A DNA stretch of 64,000 nt from Truepera sp. (GCA_965218435.1 CBDCKW010000009.1:2080001-2144000); one strand, 5' to 3'; numbered from the stretch's first letter, positions 1-9,732 are shown. Program-made: numbers and translations. Notes: generated from the letters alone by a model not told the origin.

Positions 1-1
1 C

Positions 2-205
2 TATGACCTCTTAAAGTCGCGGATTGAGGCGCACGGGTTGCCCGAAGAAGCGTTCGCCTGGTATTTGGACCTGCGGCGTTACGGGTCGGTGCCGCATTCA
101 GGGTTCGGACTCGGGTTTGAGCGGCTCTTGGCGTGGGTTACGGGCGTGCATCATTTACGCGAGGTCATCCCCTTCCCACGGCTCTTGACCCGTATGTACC
201 CGTAG
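2..205 (+). CDS. asnS: asparagine--tRNA ligase, 3' end (partial at window edge)
   Basis: Manual translation from nt 2: ...[44 protein letters not shown]...MYP*. This is class II aaRS motif 3 of AsnRS. Confidence 0.92.
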   Translation, partial: YDLLKSRIEAHGLPEEAFAWYLDLRRYGSVPHSGFGLGFERLLAWVTGVHHLREVIPFPRLLTRMYP

Positions 206-597
206 TGAGCTGGGTCAACGTCCTCGGCGTGATGGCGGGTGGGGCGCTCGGGGCGCTCGCCCGTTACTCGGTCGCGGTAACGGTGCAGGGGCGATTGTTA
301 CAGACGCCCTTTGCCGGTCTCCCGGTAGCGACGCTTTTGGTCAACGTCAGCGGATCATTTTTGTTGGCGTTTTTGGCAACGCTGGCGCTGCAAGGACGGC
401 TCAGTGGGATTTTATTACTGACGCTCGGTACAGGTTTTTGCGGTGCGCTCACAACCTTTTCGACCTTTGAACTCGACGCGGACGGGCTCTTAAGAAGTGG
501 GCAGTTTGGCAGCGCCCTGCTCTACGTCGGCAGCAACCTCTTTTTAGGTTACGCTGCGCTGCTACTCGGGCAGATGGTCGGGGAGCGCCTTACTTGA
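205..597 (+). CDS. crcB: fluoride efflux channel Fluc/CrcB
   Basis: Motifs GGALGALARY, TLLVNVSGSF and GFCGALTTFSTF. The GTG at 205 overlaps the asnS stop (TAGTG), so the start is moved from the track's 133. Confidence 0.92.
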   Translation: MSWVNVLGVMAGGALGALARYSVAVTVQGRLLQTPFAGLPVATLLVNVSGSFLLAFLATLALQGRLSGILLLTLGTGFCGALTTFSTFELDADGLLRSGQFGSALLYVGSNLFLGYAALLLGQMVGERLT

Positions 598-620
598 TTT
601 CGCCTAGTTTTAGTTCAAGC

Positions 621-1184
621 TCAGTTTGGGCTTGTCGCCGTCAGGTTTTGGGAGGTCTGAGGCAGCTCCAGCTCGCCGAGCGTCTGCGGGAGCGAAACCT
701 GACCCAAAAACGTCGGTGGGACGCGGCCGTTGATAAGCACAAAGGTGTCAGCCACGCCCTGCCGAGCGGCAGTTTGCTGGATAGACCCCAACAGCCACAG
801 CTCAGTTGTCACTGGCACTTCTACAGTCTCTGAGAGTGAAAAGTCGAGGGCAGCATGGCCCCCATCAGCCTCGTCACCGAGCCAGAACACGCGCGGCGTA
901 CCGAGTTCCTTAGGCCACGCGCCCTCACTTACAAGCCACGTCCGCAGGGCGTGGAGCGTCGCCGCAAGACGCGCGGGTGAGGTGTCGGCGGCGCGGAGCG
1001 ACACGTTACGTGTCCGCAGTTCACCGCTGGTTTGCTGAATCAGAACGGCGGGAAAAGGCGTGGTGGGGAGGGGCTCGAGCGTCACCAACTCAGGCGGCGG
1101 AACCCCCGGCGGGCGCGTGTGAACGAACGCCAGGATGCCGGCCAGCAAGACGAGCGCGCTCAAAAGCGTGGGCAAAACGCGCAT
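621..1184 (-). CDS. GerMN-domain membrane-anchored protein
   Basis: N-terminal TM anchor. The pattern AALDFS...TTELWLLGSIQQTA...VLINGRVPPTFLGQVSL matches GerMN domains. Confidence 0.65.
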   Translation of the reverse strand: MRVLPTLLSALVLLAGILAFVHTRPPGVPPPELVTLEPLPTTPFPAVLIQQTSGELRTRNVSLRAADTSPARLAATLHALRTWLVSEGAWPKELGTPRVFWLGDEADGGHAALDFSLSETVEVPVTTELWLLGSIQQTAARQGVADTFVLINGRVPPTFLGQVSLPQTLGELELPQTSQNLTATSPN

Positions 1185-2500
1185 CAGCGGCCCTGCAAGA
1201 GCGTGCGCAGAAGCGGGGCCAACGACCCAGCGAGTTCGGCGTCGGCCCCGGGCCGCCCCAAGTCTTCGGAGCTCAGCTCGAGCATCACGCCGCGCCCCGC
1301 CGCGCCGCTAAGTGTCTCTAAGGGTACAGCCATAAGCGAAGCCAGCTTCAGCGAGGTCCGTCCGCTCAGCCCGGTGGCGAGCCCCCGCGCGATTCGCTCA
1401 CCCAACGAAGTGTCAGGTTTAAGGCGGGCGAGTTGCGCCCTCGCCTCGTCAGATAAGACAGTCTCGGCTACTGCGCGGCGTACCGGAGCGTCCAGCGTCG
1501 GCACGTCCGGCGGCAGGTAGTAGACGTTAAACCGGCCTGCCGGGAGCGGGGCTTGACGGAGCGTCAGCAGAAAAGGTACGGCGAATCCGGTCTGCGCGGC
1601 ATTTTCAGACGTGGCGCGTTGCAACTTGACCTGAAACCCGTACGGCTCGAGCACCGCTTTAAGGCGCTCGGCTAGCGGGAATGTGCCAGCATCTGCACGA
1701 AGGACAAGAATCAGCGTCTGCACGCCTGCAGCAGTATTTGGTGCTGTGTCTACCGCGCTACGAAAGACGTCAATGACGACGCGCTCCCCTGCGCCGTGGG
1801 GTTCGCTAAAGGTGCGGTAGGTGTTGCCTTGCTGCAAAATCAGATTGAAATCTACGAAGTTGCCGCTCGGCACCAACGCCGCGTAACTGATACGGCCGCC
1901 CCCCAAACTAAAAGGTCGCCCGCTTAGCTCGTCTGAACCTAACCGGGCTCTGGGAAAGCGGAAGCGCACCGCACCGAGCGAGGGTGCCGGGGTATCCTCC
2001 ATGTCAACGGGCGCGTCAAAGGTCAGGACGAACCGCTCGTAACTTCCCCAGGCTTTCGGCGGCGACACCGCCGTTAGGACAGGCCGGGGAAAAACGACTG
2101 CGACGGTTCGCGCGGCGGCGAGGTAGGCCGTGCGGCCGCCGAGCGCCGCCGTGACGCTTTTGACCGGCAGGTACACCGTTTCGCCTACCCGCACTGCGCC
2201 CGTACTCGGAAGGCGCTGCCCGTCAACCGTCAGGGTTGCCTTAGCTGCCGCCGCCTGTTTCGCCGTGGGAAAGCTCTGCAAACTGAGAAAGCGGCCCCCA
2301 AATAAGAGGAGCACGCCCGTCCGTGCGTCGTAGCGGTACGCCGCGCCGAGCGCCTCCGCATAAAGCTCCGCCGGGGTGTAGGCGCTGCCGGGAACAAGAT
2401 CGGTACGAACCTCGAGCAACGTACCGTTGACCGCGAGCCGCTGCTGCGCGCCCGCACACGTCAGCAGTGCGAGCAGAGTAAACACGGCGAGAAGACGCAT
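1184..2500 (-). CDS. secreted N-acetylmuramoyl-L-alanine amidase-like protein (stalk/AMIN domains plus degenerate Amidase_3 domain)
   Basis: Signal peptide, two copper-amine-oxidase-N-like repeats (YLPVKSVTAALG), AMIN-like segment (ERFVLTFD...RVVIDV), and a C-terminal amidase-like fold ending GVMLELS. Zn ligands are not recognisable. Confidence 0.55.
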   Translation of the reverse strand: MRLLAVFTLLALLTCAGAQQRLAVNGTLLEVRTDLVPGSAYTPAELYAEALGAAYRYDARTGVLLLFGGRFLSLQSFPTAKQAAAAKATLTVDGQRLPSTGAVRVGETVYLPVKSVTAALGGRTAYLAAARTVAVVFPRPVLTAVSPPKAWGSYERFVLTFDAPVDMEDTPAPSLGAVRFRFPRARLGSDELSGRPFSLGGGRISYAALVPSGNFVDFNLILQQGNTYRTFSEPHGAGERVVIDVFRSAVDTAPNTAAGVQTLILVLRADAGTFPLAERLKAVLEPYGFQVKLQRATSENAAQTGFAVPFLLTLRQAPLPAGRFNVYYLPPDVPTLDAPVRRAVAETVLSDEARAQLARLKPDTSLGERIARGLATGLSGRTSLKLASLMAVPLETLSGAAGRGVMLELSSEDLGRPGADAELAGSLAPLLRTLLQGR

Positions 2501-2932
2501 CTAGCGTTTGAGCGCCCGCTCCATCTGGCGCTGCGCGTCACGCTTGGCCTGGTCTTGGCGTTTGTCGTAACGTTTCTTGCCGCGTCCGAGAGCTAACTCG
2601 AGCTTGACCCAGCCCCCCTTAAAGTAGAGCCGCGTCGGCACGAGCGTCAGCCCTTTACGCTCTAAGCCTTTGGTAATCTCAGCGATTTCAGACTTTTTTA
2701 ACAGCAATTTACGGCTACGCACCGGTTCGTGGTTGTTATAACTCGCCTCTCGGTACGGCGGAATGTGCATTCCCTCTAAAAAGACCTCGCCGTTACGGAC
2801 ACGGGCGAACGCCTCGCCAAGTGTGACCCCGCCCTGACGAAGCGATTTGATCTCGCTGCCGGTCAGGGCGATGCCCGCTTCAAAGCGGTCTAAGAGTTCG
2901 TAGTCAAAAGAGGCGCGGCGGTTTTGAATCAT
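2501..2932 (-). CDS. smpB: SsrA-binding protein SmpB
   Basis: Motifs NRRASFDY, EAGIALTGSEIKSLR, NHEPVRSRKLLL and GKKRYDKR. Confidence 0.98.
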   Translation of the reverse strand: MIQNRRASFDYELLDRFEAGIALTGSEIKSLRQGGVTLGEAFARVRNGEVFLEGMHIPPYREASYNNHEPVRSRKLLLKKSEIAEITKGLERKGLTLVPTRLYFKGGWVKLELALGRGKKRYDKRQDQAKRDAQRQMERALKR

Positions 2933-3114
2933 AGAACGTCCACTTTACCGCGTTTAGAGTTTGAGTTGCCTATTCAGCATGTCTAAACAGGAACAAGCTC
3001 CCTACCGAGGCAACAACCTGCTTAATGCACCGGAGTATATCAGTCACTTAGAGCTTTATTTCTAGTGCGTCTCTCGCGCTCAACACACGCAGAAGGGGTA
3101 CGTAAAAAAGATAT

Positions 3115-3402
3115 CTACCTCTCGTTGTGAATCCCCTTCGGGGCAGGGCTAATCGGCTGAGCAAAGGCGGCAGGTTCAGCTTGCACCTGTAGACTGACCA
3201 AGGACGTAAGAACACCCCCGGCGATGAGCAGCCAGAAGACGGGCTCAAACGCTTGTAGTGGCGCGGCGGGTGTCGCTGTGGCTAAAACGGCGATAACCAA
3301 CGCCACCCCGAACACAGCGCCGAGCTGCCGCACCGCTTGATTGACCGCGCTGCCCACTCCGAAGCGTTCCGGCGGCAGGCCGGAGACTGCCGCCGCGCTC
3401 AT
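3115..3402 (-). pseudogene. C-terminal fragment of an MFS (DHA2-like) transporter
   Basis: GVGSAVNQAVRQLGAVFGVAL corresponds to the last helices of an MFS. The 5' part is missing and is replaced by a palindrome and an IS1 remnant. Confidence 0.75.
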
Positions 3403-3445
3403 TACGGGGGTAGGAGTAGTCCCACCCCTACCCCCGTAATGAGCG
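3396..3445. repeat. perfect 19-bp inverted repeat with 12-nt loop
   Basis: CGCTCATTACGGGGGTAGG (3396-3414) and CCTACCCCCGTAATGAGCG (3427-3445). Confidence 0.9.
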
Positions 3446-3841
3446 AGTTGGAAACAGACGCGTCAAGTCGTTGCTTGTGTGATAGGCAGTCGTGGGGTTG
3501 CCACTTACCGCAAACTGTGGGATAACATCCCTGCAGCTTTCAGACGAAGCACCTTGTTCAGCGACTTTTGGGAAGCTTACTAAGCGGTTATCCCTGATGA
3601 ACAACACCAAGCTATTGGCAAAGATAGCGGCCTAACAGCTCACGTTGAACGCTTCAATAACACCCTCCGCCAGCGGACAGGCCCGGAAGGTGCCGTTTCG
3701 TCCAAGACAGCGCCTAGCCCGCTTTGTCAGAAAGACCCTTTCCTTCTCCAAGTCTGAGCACATGCACCTCATTTGCTTGCACTTGTTCCTCGTTCGCTAC
3801 AACTTTAATGCGCTGCTGTCAGTCGACGGTGAACCACTACC
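3446..3841 (+). mobile_element. IS1-family remnant (InsB-like transposase pseudogene and one terminal IR)
   Basis: Translates as TRQVVACVIGSRG...SDFWEAY*...GKDSGLTAHVERFNNTLRQR / LARFVRKTLSFSK, with an in-frame TAA and a 37-nt insertion. It ends in TGAACCACTACC (reverse complement GGTAGTGGTTCA, an IS1-type end). Confidence 0.85.
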
Positions 3842-3986
3842 CAAAGTTTTTATGCGGCAGAACGGCCCATTGACCGCATAAGTGGCTCGGTTAGCTAGCG
3901 GGTCAATAAACTTAGCAACCTCAATATGGGGATTAACTGAAGCGAGGCTGGTGCGTAAAATATAGCGTTGCCAAAACTAAATCAGC

Positions 3987-6236
3987 TCACTCCAAAAACC
4001 CCGATACGTCACGCGGGTCAATGTCAAGGCGGAGCCGTGCGGGGCCGTGATAGGCCAGGGCCGGGACGAGGCGTTCGGGGAGCGTCTCAGCGTCGGTACG
4101 GATAAAGAGCTGATACGAGTACCGGTTTTTAACGCGGGCGACGGGCGCGGCGCTCGGCCCGAGCAGTTCGTCGGGGGTTGCGCCCGCCGTTTTGAGTGCA
4201 CCCGCCAGCCAGGTCGCGGCGTTCTCGGCGGTGCGGGCGTCGCGGGCGCTGAGCTGCACTTTAGCGAGGGCCGCAAAAGGCGGATAGTTAAAACTCTGTC
4301 GGCGCTCGAGTAACCCCCGTACAAACGCCTCACCCGTCCCGTGCGTATACGCGTGCAGCAGCGGACTGTCCGGGACGAAGGTCTGAATGAGCGTCAAAGG
4401 ACGCTTACCGGGCGCGAGTTCACCCAGGTTCAGCAGTAACCGAAACGCCTCTTCTTCCGCGCGAAAGTTGCCCAGAGACAAAAACGCGTCGAGCAGCGTC
4501 ACGCCGATAAGCGATACGTTCGGGAGCGGCGGCAGCCTCAGACACGCCGTCGTAGCGACGAGTACACCCGGCGTACCATCTATCAGTTCGGCTAGGTCTT
4601 CGCGTTTGTCGCTGTCATAGCGTTTGACGAGCAGGTTCGGGACAACCCTCGAGACCTCAGCCGCGATCCACTGCGTTCCGGCGGCGCGGGTCGGACCGAG
4701 CGTCGGATTGTTGCAGTTTGGACAGAGGTCGGGGGCGCGGCCCTGATGCCCACACTGATGGCAACGTAAGAGGTAACGCTCGCGGTGGTAGCGCAGCGGC
4801 AGGTCGCAGTTCGGGCACATCAGCGTGTGTTCACACGCCGCGCAGCAAAGCGCCGCTGAAAACCCACGGCGGGGTGCGAGCAGGACTGCCTGACGGCCCC
4901 GCGCCTCAACTTGTTTAAGCACCCCGATCAGGTCATTGCTGAGCGGCCAGCCCCCCGCCCGGAGATCGACGAGGTGGGTGCGGGGGACCGCGGTGGGCAG
5001 CTCGAGCCGCGCCATCTCAGAGACCAACCCGAGCGTTTCGGGTGTGGCGAACGCGTCACTTAACACCAGCGGCACATGGGCTGCTTGCGCCAGAAAACGC
5101 GCAGCGGTTGGGACAAAGACGCGGCAACCGGCGCTCAGTTTGTAGGCGCTGCTGCCCTCCTCGAGCACCACCACCCGGCCTAGCTCCAGAGGGGCTAAAA
5201 GTGCCAGATAACTCCCAACCAGCACAAACGGCTCCGGCTCACGGCAGCGTTCCCAGAGCCGCTGCCGCTCTTTGTCGGAGGTGTCGCCCGACAACAGGTG
5301 AACCGGCACGTGCGCAGCTAAGAGCGAGGCCGCCTGCTGCACGAACGTCTGTTCAGGAGCCAAGACCAGCACACTTTTTCCGGCGGCGAGGTCAGCTTTG
5401 ATAAGCGGCAACGAGCTCAAAACCCGTTCTGCACGCGTGCTGCCCGAAACACTCAGAACCGGCTCGCTGACGGTAGTTGCAGACCAAATGTTTGCTACGC
5501 CGGGTTGAGCAGCTGGCAGCACCGGCGTCAGCACCACCGGCGGCGCTTCGATCTCGCGGTAGGCCGCGTACCCTTTTTTCACGAGCGCACGTACCGCTGT
5601 TTCGGGGACGGCAACGGCGCGGGCCAACGCTGCCGCACTTTCAGCCTGACCCAATCTAAAAAGGTGGGCGAGCGCCATACGCTGATTGGTGCGCGGCGCA
5701 CCGTCTAACGCCGCGTCCCCTTCGCGTACCGGGGTGAGCCGCTGCACCCGCGTCGGCGCGACCCGTACAGATTCGTCTAACAACCCTTGCTGACGGTAGA
5801 GCTCGAGCCTTTTAAGCGGCACCGTCCCGGCGTCTTGCCAGGTTTCAGAAACAGGTTCGGTTTTAACGACGCTGAGGGCGCGGACGCGGTGCTCGAGCGG
5901 CACACTCAGCCCCGTCGGCAAGAGGTTGGCGAGCACCGTTCCGGCGGGCGCACAGGTATACGCGGCCACCCGCAGCAGAACGTCTAGAGCACTCTCTTTT
6001 AAGAAAGGTTCAGTATCTAGTGCGCCGATAGCTTCACGAAGCTCGAGACCCGCCCCGCCCCGGAGCAGTTCAAAACCGACTAAAATCCCAATCCGTACCC
6101 CGCTCTGCCACGGCACCACGACGCGCACACCTACCTGCACCTCAGCGGCAGACAGCCGCAGCGCGTGAGGCGGCAAAAAGGTAAAGGGGGGGAGCGGCAG
6201 GGGCAACAGCACCCGCCACGCACTCGGAACGGTCAC
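3987..6236 (-). CDS. priA: primosomal protein N'
   Basis: 3'-binding N-terminal domain, PRRGFS, and four CxxC zinc motifs (CAAC, CPNC, CHQC, CPNC), plus YPPF. Walker motifs are degenerate. Confidence 0.92.
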   Translation of the reverse strand: MTVPSAWRVLLPLPLPPFTFLPPHALRLSAAEVQVGVRVVVPWQSGVRIGILVGFELLRGGAGLELREAIGALDTEPFLKESALDVLLRVAAYTCAPAGTVLANLLPTGLSVPLEHRVRALSVVKTEPVSETWQDAGTVPLKRLELYRQQGLLDESVRVAPTRVQRLTPVREGDAALDGAPRTNQRMALAHLFRLGQAESAAALARAVAVPETAVRALVKKGYAAYREIEAPPVVLTPVLPAAQPGVANIWSATTVSEPVLSVSGSTRAERVLSSLPLIKADLAAGKSVLVLAPEQTFVQQAASLLAAHVPVHLLSGDTSDKERQRLWERCREPEPFVLVGSYLALLAPLELGRVVVLEEGSSAYKLSAGCRVFVPTAARFLAQAAHVPLVLSDAFATPETLGLVSEMARLELPTAVPRTHLVDLRAGGWPLSNDLIGVLKQVEARGRQAVLLAPRRGFSAALCCAACEHTLMCPNCDLPLRYHRERYLLRCHQCGHQGRAPDLCPNCNNPTLGPTRAAGTQWIAAEVSRVVPNLLVKRYDSDKREDLAELIDGTPGVLVATTACLRLPPLPNVSLIGVTLLDAFLSLGNFRAEEEAFRLLLNLGELAPGKRPLTLIQTFVPDSPLLHAYTHGTGEAFVRGLLERRQSFNYPPFAALAKVQLSARDARTAENAATWLAGALKTAGATPDELLGPSAAPVARVKNRYSYQLFIRTDAETLPERLVPALAYHGPARLRLDIDPRDVSGFLE

Positions 6237-6311
6237 ACGCTTATTGTATCCCGGCGTTATATCCCGGCAGTTTGTCCCAGCCTTGGCACGCGGCGCGGTA
6301 AGATGCGCGTT

Positions 6312-7352
6312 ATGAAACCCCCTGCAACTTCAAACTCGGTGCCAACCTCAGATTCGGCTTACCGCGCCGCCGGGGTTGATTTAGCCGCGAGTGGCGATAC
6401 GATGGCGCGGGTTAAGGCGGCGGTGACTGCAACCTATACACCGGCGGTGCTCGCCGGGATGGGCGCGTTCGGCGGCCTTTTCGACGTAGGCGCACTTAAA
6501 AACATGGACGCGCCCGTTCTCGCCTCGTCAACCGACGGGGTGGGGACGAAGACAAAGGTGGCCGCTGCATTAGGGCGCTACGACACGCTCGGACAAGATT
6601 TGGTCAACCACTGCGTCAACGACCTTTTGGTGCAGGGTGCGCAGCCGCTTTTTTTTCTCGATTATGTAGCGTCGGGAAGGCTCGAGCCCACCCTCACCGC
6701 CGCCCTGATTGAGAACGTCGCGGCAGGCTGCCGGGCGCACAGCATTCCGCTTTTGGGCGGCGAAACTGCTGAAATGCCGGGGGTTTACGTTGCAGGAGAG
6801 TTCGACCTTGTAGGAACGCTCGTCGGCGTCGTTGAACGTTCACGACTCGTCACCGGTGAGCAGGTCAGAGCAGGAGATGTGATTTTAGGTTTGGCGTCGG
6901 GCGGACTACAGACGAACGGTTTCTCGCTGGCACGACATATTTTAGACGGCAGCTACGACGAGCCCCTCGGAGACGCGACCGTAGGCGACGCGCTCTTAGC
7001 CCCGCACCGGAGTTTTTTAGGGGCGCTGACGCCGCTTTTAGACGCTGGTTTAGTTCGGGGGATGGCGCACATTACCGGCGGCGGTCTGCCGGGGAACCTA
7101 CCCCGTAGCCTGCCGGAAGGTTTGGGCGCACTTATCACGCCTGAATGGAACGTACCGGAGATTTTTACGTTGATTAAAGAGCGTGGCAACGTCAGCCGGG
7201 ATGAGATGTACAGCGTTTTTAATATGGGCGTCGGCTTCGTCTTGATCGTGTCACCGGAAAACTTAGCGTCGGCGCACGCACTGTTGCCTGAAGCCTTTGA
7301 AATTGGGCAAGTTGTTCAAGGTGACGAGGTAAAGCTAGTCGGGTCGGTCTGA
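6312..7352 (+). CDS. purM: phosphoribosylformylglycinamidine cyclo-ligase
   Basis: Motifs YRAAGVD, STDGVGTK, GGETAEMPG, AHITGGG and FNMGVG. The start is placed at the ATG 7 nt after a TAAGAT -10 box. Confidence 0.96.
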   Translation: MKPPATSNSVPTSDSAYRAAGVDLAASGDTMARVKAAVTATYTPAVLAGMGAFGGLFDVGALKNMDAPVLASSTDGVGTKTKVAAALGRYDTLGQDLVNHCVNDLLVQGAQPLFFLDYVASGRLEPTLTAALIENVAAGCRAHSIPLLGGETAEMPGVYVAGEFDLVGTLVGVVERSRLVTGEQVRAGDVILGLASGGLQTNGFSLARHILDGSYDEPLGDATVGDALLAPHRSFLGALTPLLDAGLVRGMAHITGGGLPGNLPRSLPEGLGALITPEWNVPEIFTLIKERGNVSRDEMYSVFNMGVGFVLIVSPENLASAHALLPEAFEIGQVVQGDEVKLVGSV

Positions 7353-8870
7353 ATTATCCGACTCCAAAACCGGTAGCAGCACCGTAAAAACCGTGCCTTC
7401 ACCGACTTTGGACTCAACTGAAACCGTGCCGCCATGTTGTTCGACGATCCATTTGACGATGGCCAGCCCCAGCCCTGAACCGTTGCCGCGTGTGCTCCGC
7501 GCGCCGTCTACCCGGTAAAAACGCTCGAACAAGTTGGGCAACGCCGACTCGGGGATACCGGGGCCGTTGTCTAAAACCTCGAGCCGTGCCCAGTCTCCCT
7601 CTTTTAAGAGCGACACGCTGACCCTGCTCGAGCCTGCGTTCAGCGCGTTTTGCACGAGGTTAAGAACAACCTGTTTAAGCCGCGCCGCGTCACCCGAGAC
7701 TTCCAACAGCGGTACCGGCGAAAAAGCTTCGATGGTGGCCCCGCGCGCAACCGGCGCGAGTTCTTTGGAGACCGCCTCGATGGTTTCAACCAGGTTCATC
7801 GGTTCACGTTTGACCGTCAATCCGGCGTCGGCGCGGGCCAACTCTAAGAGGTCGTTGACGAGTTTGCTCATCCTAAGCGCCTCGCTCTGAATAATCTCTA
7901 ACGGCTCGACCTGCTCAGAAGTCGGGTGCGTCCGGCGCAGCAGGTAGCTCGCGTGCCCGGAAATCGCGGTGACCGGCGTCCGCAGTTCGTGTGACGCGTC
8001 GGCCGTAAAACGCCGCTGCGTCTCCAAAGTTTCTTGCAAACGGTCAAGCATCCGGTTGAGCGTCACCGAGAGTTCGCCCACCTCATCGCGGCTTTTAGGG
8101 ACCGGTACCCGCTGCGAGAGGTCTTGTGAGCTGATCCTCGAGGCCGCCTTGGTCATCCGTTTCAGCGGCGTCAGCGCCCGCTGCGCCAAGAGCCAAACCC
8201 CAAAGGGAAAGACGATCAGCGCGACTAAAATGGTTTGAATCAGGTTGGTACGAAGTTGCGTTAAGGTGTCGCTGCGTACCGGCATCGCCACAGCAATCAG
8301 CGTCGGCGCGTCCGTGATACCAATCACGTTATCGAACGAAGGTAAACCTGCAGTTGACAGACTAAAAATCACGCGTCTTGCCCTGACAACCCAAAGCATC
8401 CCGTCTTCATTAGTAATACTGGTCTGCAAACGGCCGGTTCGCCTTAGTTCGGCAAAGCGGTCTTCGCCGAGAAAATCAATCATCCCTGCACCCGTTTGAT
8501 TACCAATAACCGTCGGCAATCTTGGGACGCGCTCGAACCCGACAAACGGCTTAGGCGGCAGCGGCACACTAGGATCGTTTAGATAAACATTGACATAGAG
8601 CAGCGTGTCACTCGTCAGGTTCTGAACCCAGTTATTACGGCTCGAAGAGGGTGTCCAAGGATTTTGCTCAATCGCTTCTAGAACATCGGCGTAGGCTTGA
8701 TTTGTCTGCGCCTCAACGTTATCGATCAGCGAGCGCCGCGTCAGACTATAGACAAGGACGCCGACAAAAATGAGCACCAAGACTAAAAAGCTAGCAAAGA
8801 AGAGGGTCAGGCGGAGCTGCAAAGACAGCCCCGCTGGGAAACCCGCTCGAGCCTCTCTCTGCGTCACCAT
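7335..8870 (-). CDS. HAMP-domain sensor histidine kinase
   Basis: Two TM segments, HAMP, H-box ADASHELRTP, and N/G1/F/G2 boxes (DNGPGI, FERFYR, GSGLGL). Confidence 0.95.
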   Translation of the reverse strand: MVTQREARAGFPAGLSLQLRLTLFFASFLVLVLIFVGVLVYSLTRRSLIDNVEAQTNQAYADVLEAIEQNPWTPSSSRNNWVQNLTSDTLLYVNVYLNDPSVPLPPKPFVGFERVPRLPTVIGNQTGAGMIDFLGEDRFAELRRTGRLQTSITNEDGMLWVVRARRVIFSLSTAGLPSFDNVIGITDAPTLIAVAMPVRSDTLTQLRTNLIQTILVALIVFPFGVWLLAQRALTPLKRMTKAASRISSQDLSQRVPVPKSRDEVGELSVTLNRMLDRLQETLETQRRFTADASHELRTPVTAISGHASYLLRRTHPTSEQVEPLEIIQSEALRMSKLVNDLLELARADAGLTVKREPMNLVETIEAVSKELAPVARGATIEAFSPVPLLEVSGDAARLKQVVLNLVQNALNAGSSRVSVSLLKEGDWARLEVLDNGPGIPESALPNLFERFYRVDGARSTRGNGSGLGLAIVKWIVEQHGGTVSVESKVGEGTVFTVLLPVLESDNSDRPD

Positions 8871-9054
8871 GCGCTGATTTGTACGTTCTATTGCCACACG
8901 ACCACCCACAGCGTTTACCGATCAAGGCCCTTTGCCCGCGTCAACCCAATTTAACCCCTCGTACGGGTGAAAAGCGTGACCTAATAAATGTGAGTTTATA
9001 CATGCAAAGCTGTATGTTAAACCTTACAGGTTAGATATTAGGTGTAAGCAAGAC

Positions 9055-9732
9055 CTATTCTTCGCGCAACACGTAACCGACGCCGCGCACGGTGTGAATC
9101 AGGCGGCGTTCGCCTTCGCCCTCGAGTTTACGCCGCAAATAGCCGACGTATACGTCTACGACGTTCGAGCCGCCGGTATATTCGGGCCAGACTTTTTCTT
9201 CGATTTCAAAACGGTTAAAGACCTTGCCGGGGCTCCGGGCAAAGAGTTCTAAGAGTTCAAACTCTTTAGCGGAGAGTTCAATCCGCCGCCCATCCCGAAA
9301 AACCTCGCGCCCGTCTAAGTTCATAACCAAATCAGCGACGCGTACCTCGCCGGTCACGGCTGGGTTCACCCGCCGCAGGTGTGCCCGCACGCGGGCTAAC
9401 AGTTCTTCAATCGAAAACGGCTTGACGAGGTAGTCGTCCGCACCCGAGTCGAGGCCCTGCACCTTGTCGTCTACGGAATCTTTCGCCGTCAAGATGATGA
9501 TCGGCGTGTTCGAGGTCTTGCGGATACGCCGCGCCACCTCGAGTCCGTCTAGTACGGGCAGCATCAGGTCGAGCACCACCAAGTCGGGGTTGAGTTCACG
9601 GAACTTTGATAAACCAGTCACGCCGTCATAGGTTACGACCGTTTCGTACGATTCGGCCTGCAGCTCCAAGTCAATAAATTTAGCGATCTCTTTTTCGTCC
9701 TCGATAATGAGAATCAAAGGTTTTCTGTCCAT
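9055..9732 (-). CDS. OmpR/PhoB-family response regulator
   Basis: REC domain (IEDE, LDLMLP, KPF) and winged helix ending [11 protein letters not shown]. Lies upstream of the kinase on the same strand. Confidence 0.97.
   Translation of the reverse strand: MDRKPLILIIEDEKEIAKFIDLELQAESYETVVTYDGVTGLSKFRELNPDLVVLDLMLPVLDGLEVARRIRKTSNTPIIILTAKDSVDDKVQGLDSGADDYLVKPFSIEELLARVRAHLRRVNPAVTGEVRVADLVMNLDGREVFRDGRRIELSAKEFELLELFARSPGKVFNRFEIEEKVWPEYTGGSNVVDVYVGYLRRKLEGEGERRLIHTVRGVGYVLREE

Noticed and set aside
133..204. Fluoride riboswitch or N-terminal extension for crcB
   Set aside because: This stretch is asnS coding sequence, and crcB starts at the overlapping GTG at 205.
2933..3114. tmRNA next to smpB
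   Set aside because: No tRNA-like ends or tag reading frame were found.
3677..3695. CAGGCCCGGAAGG resembles the SRP RNA helix-8 motif
   Set aside because: The required downstream AGCAG and the long flanking stem are missing, and it lies within a 37-nt insertion in an IS remnant.
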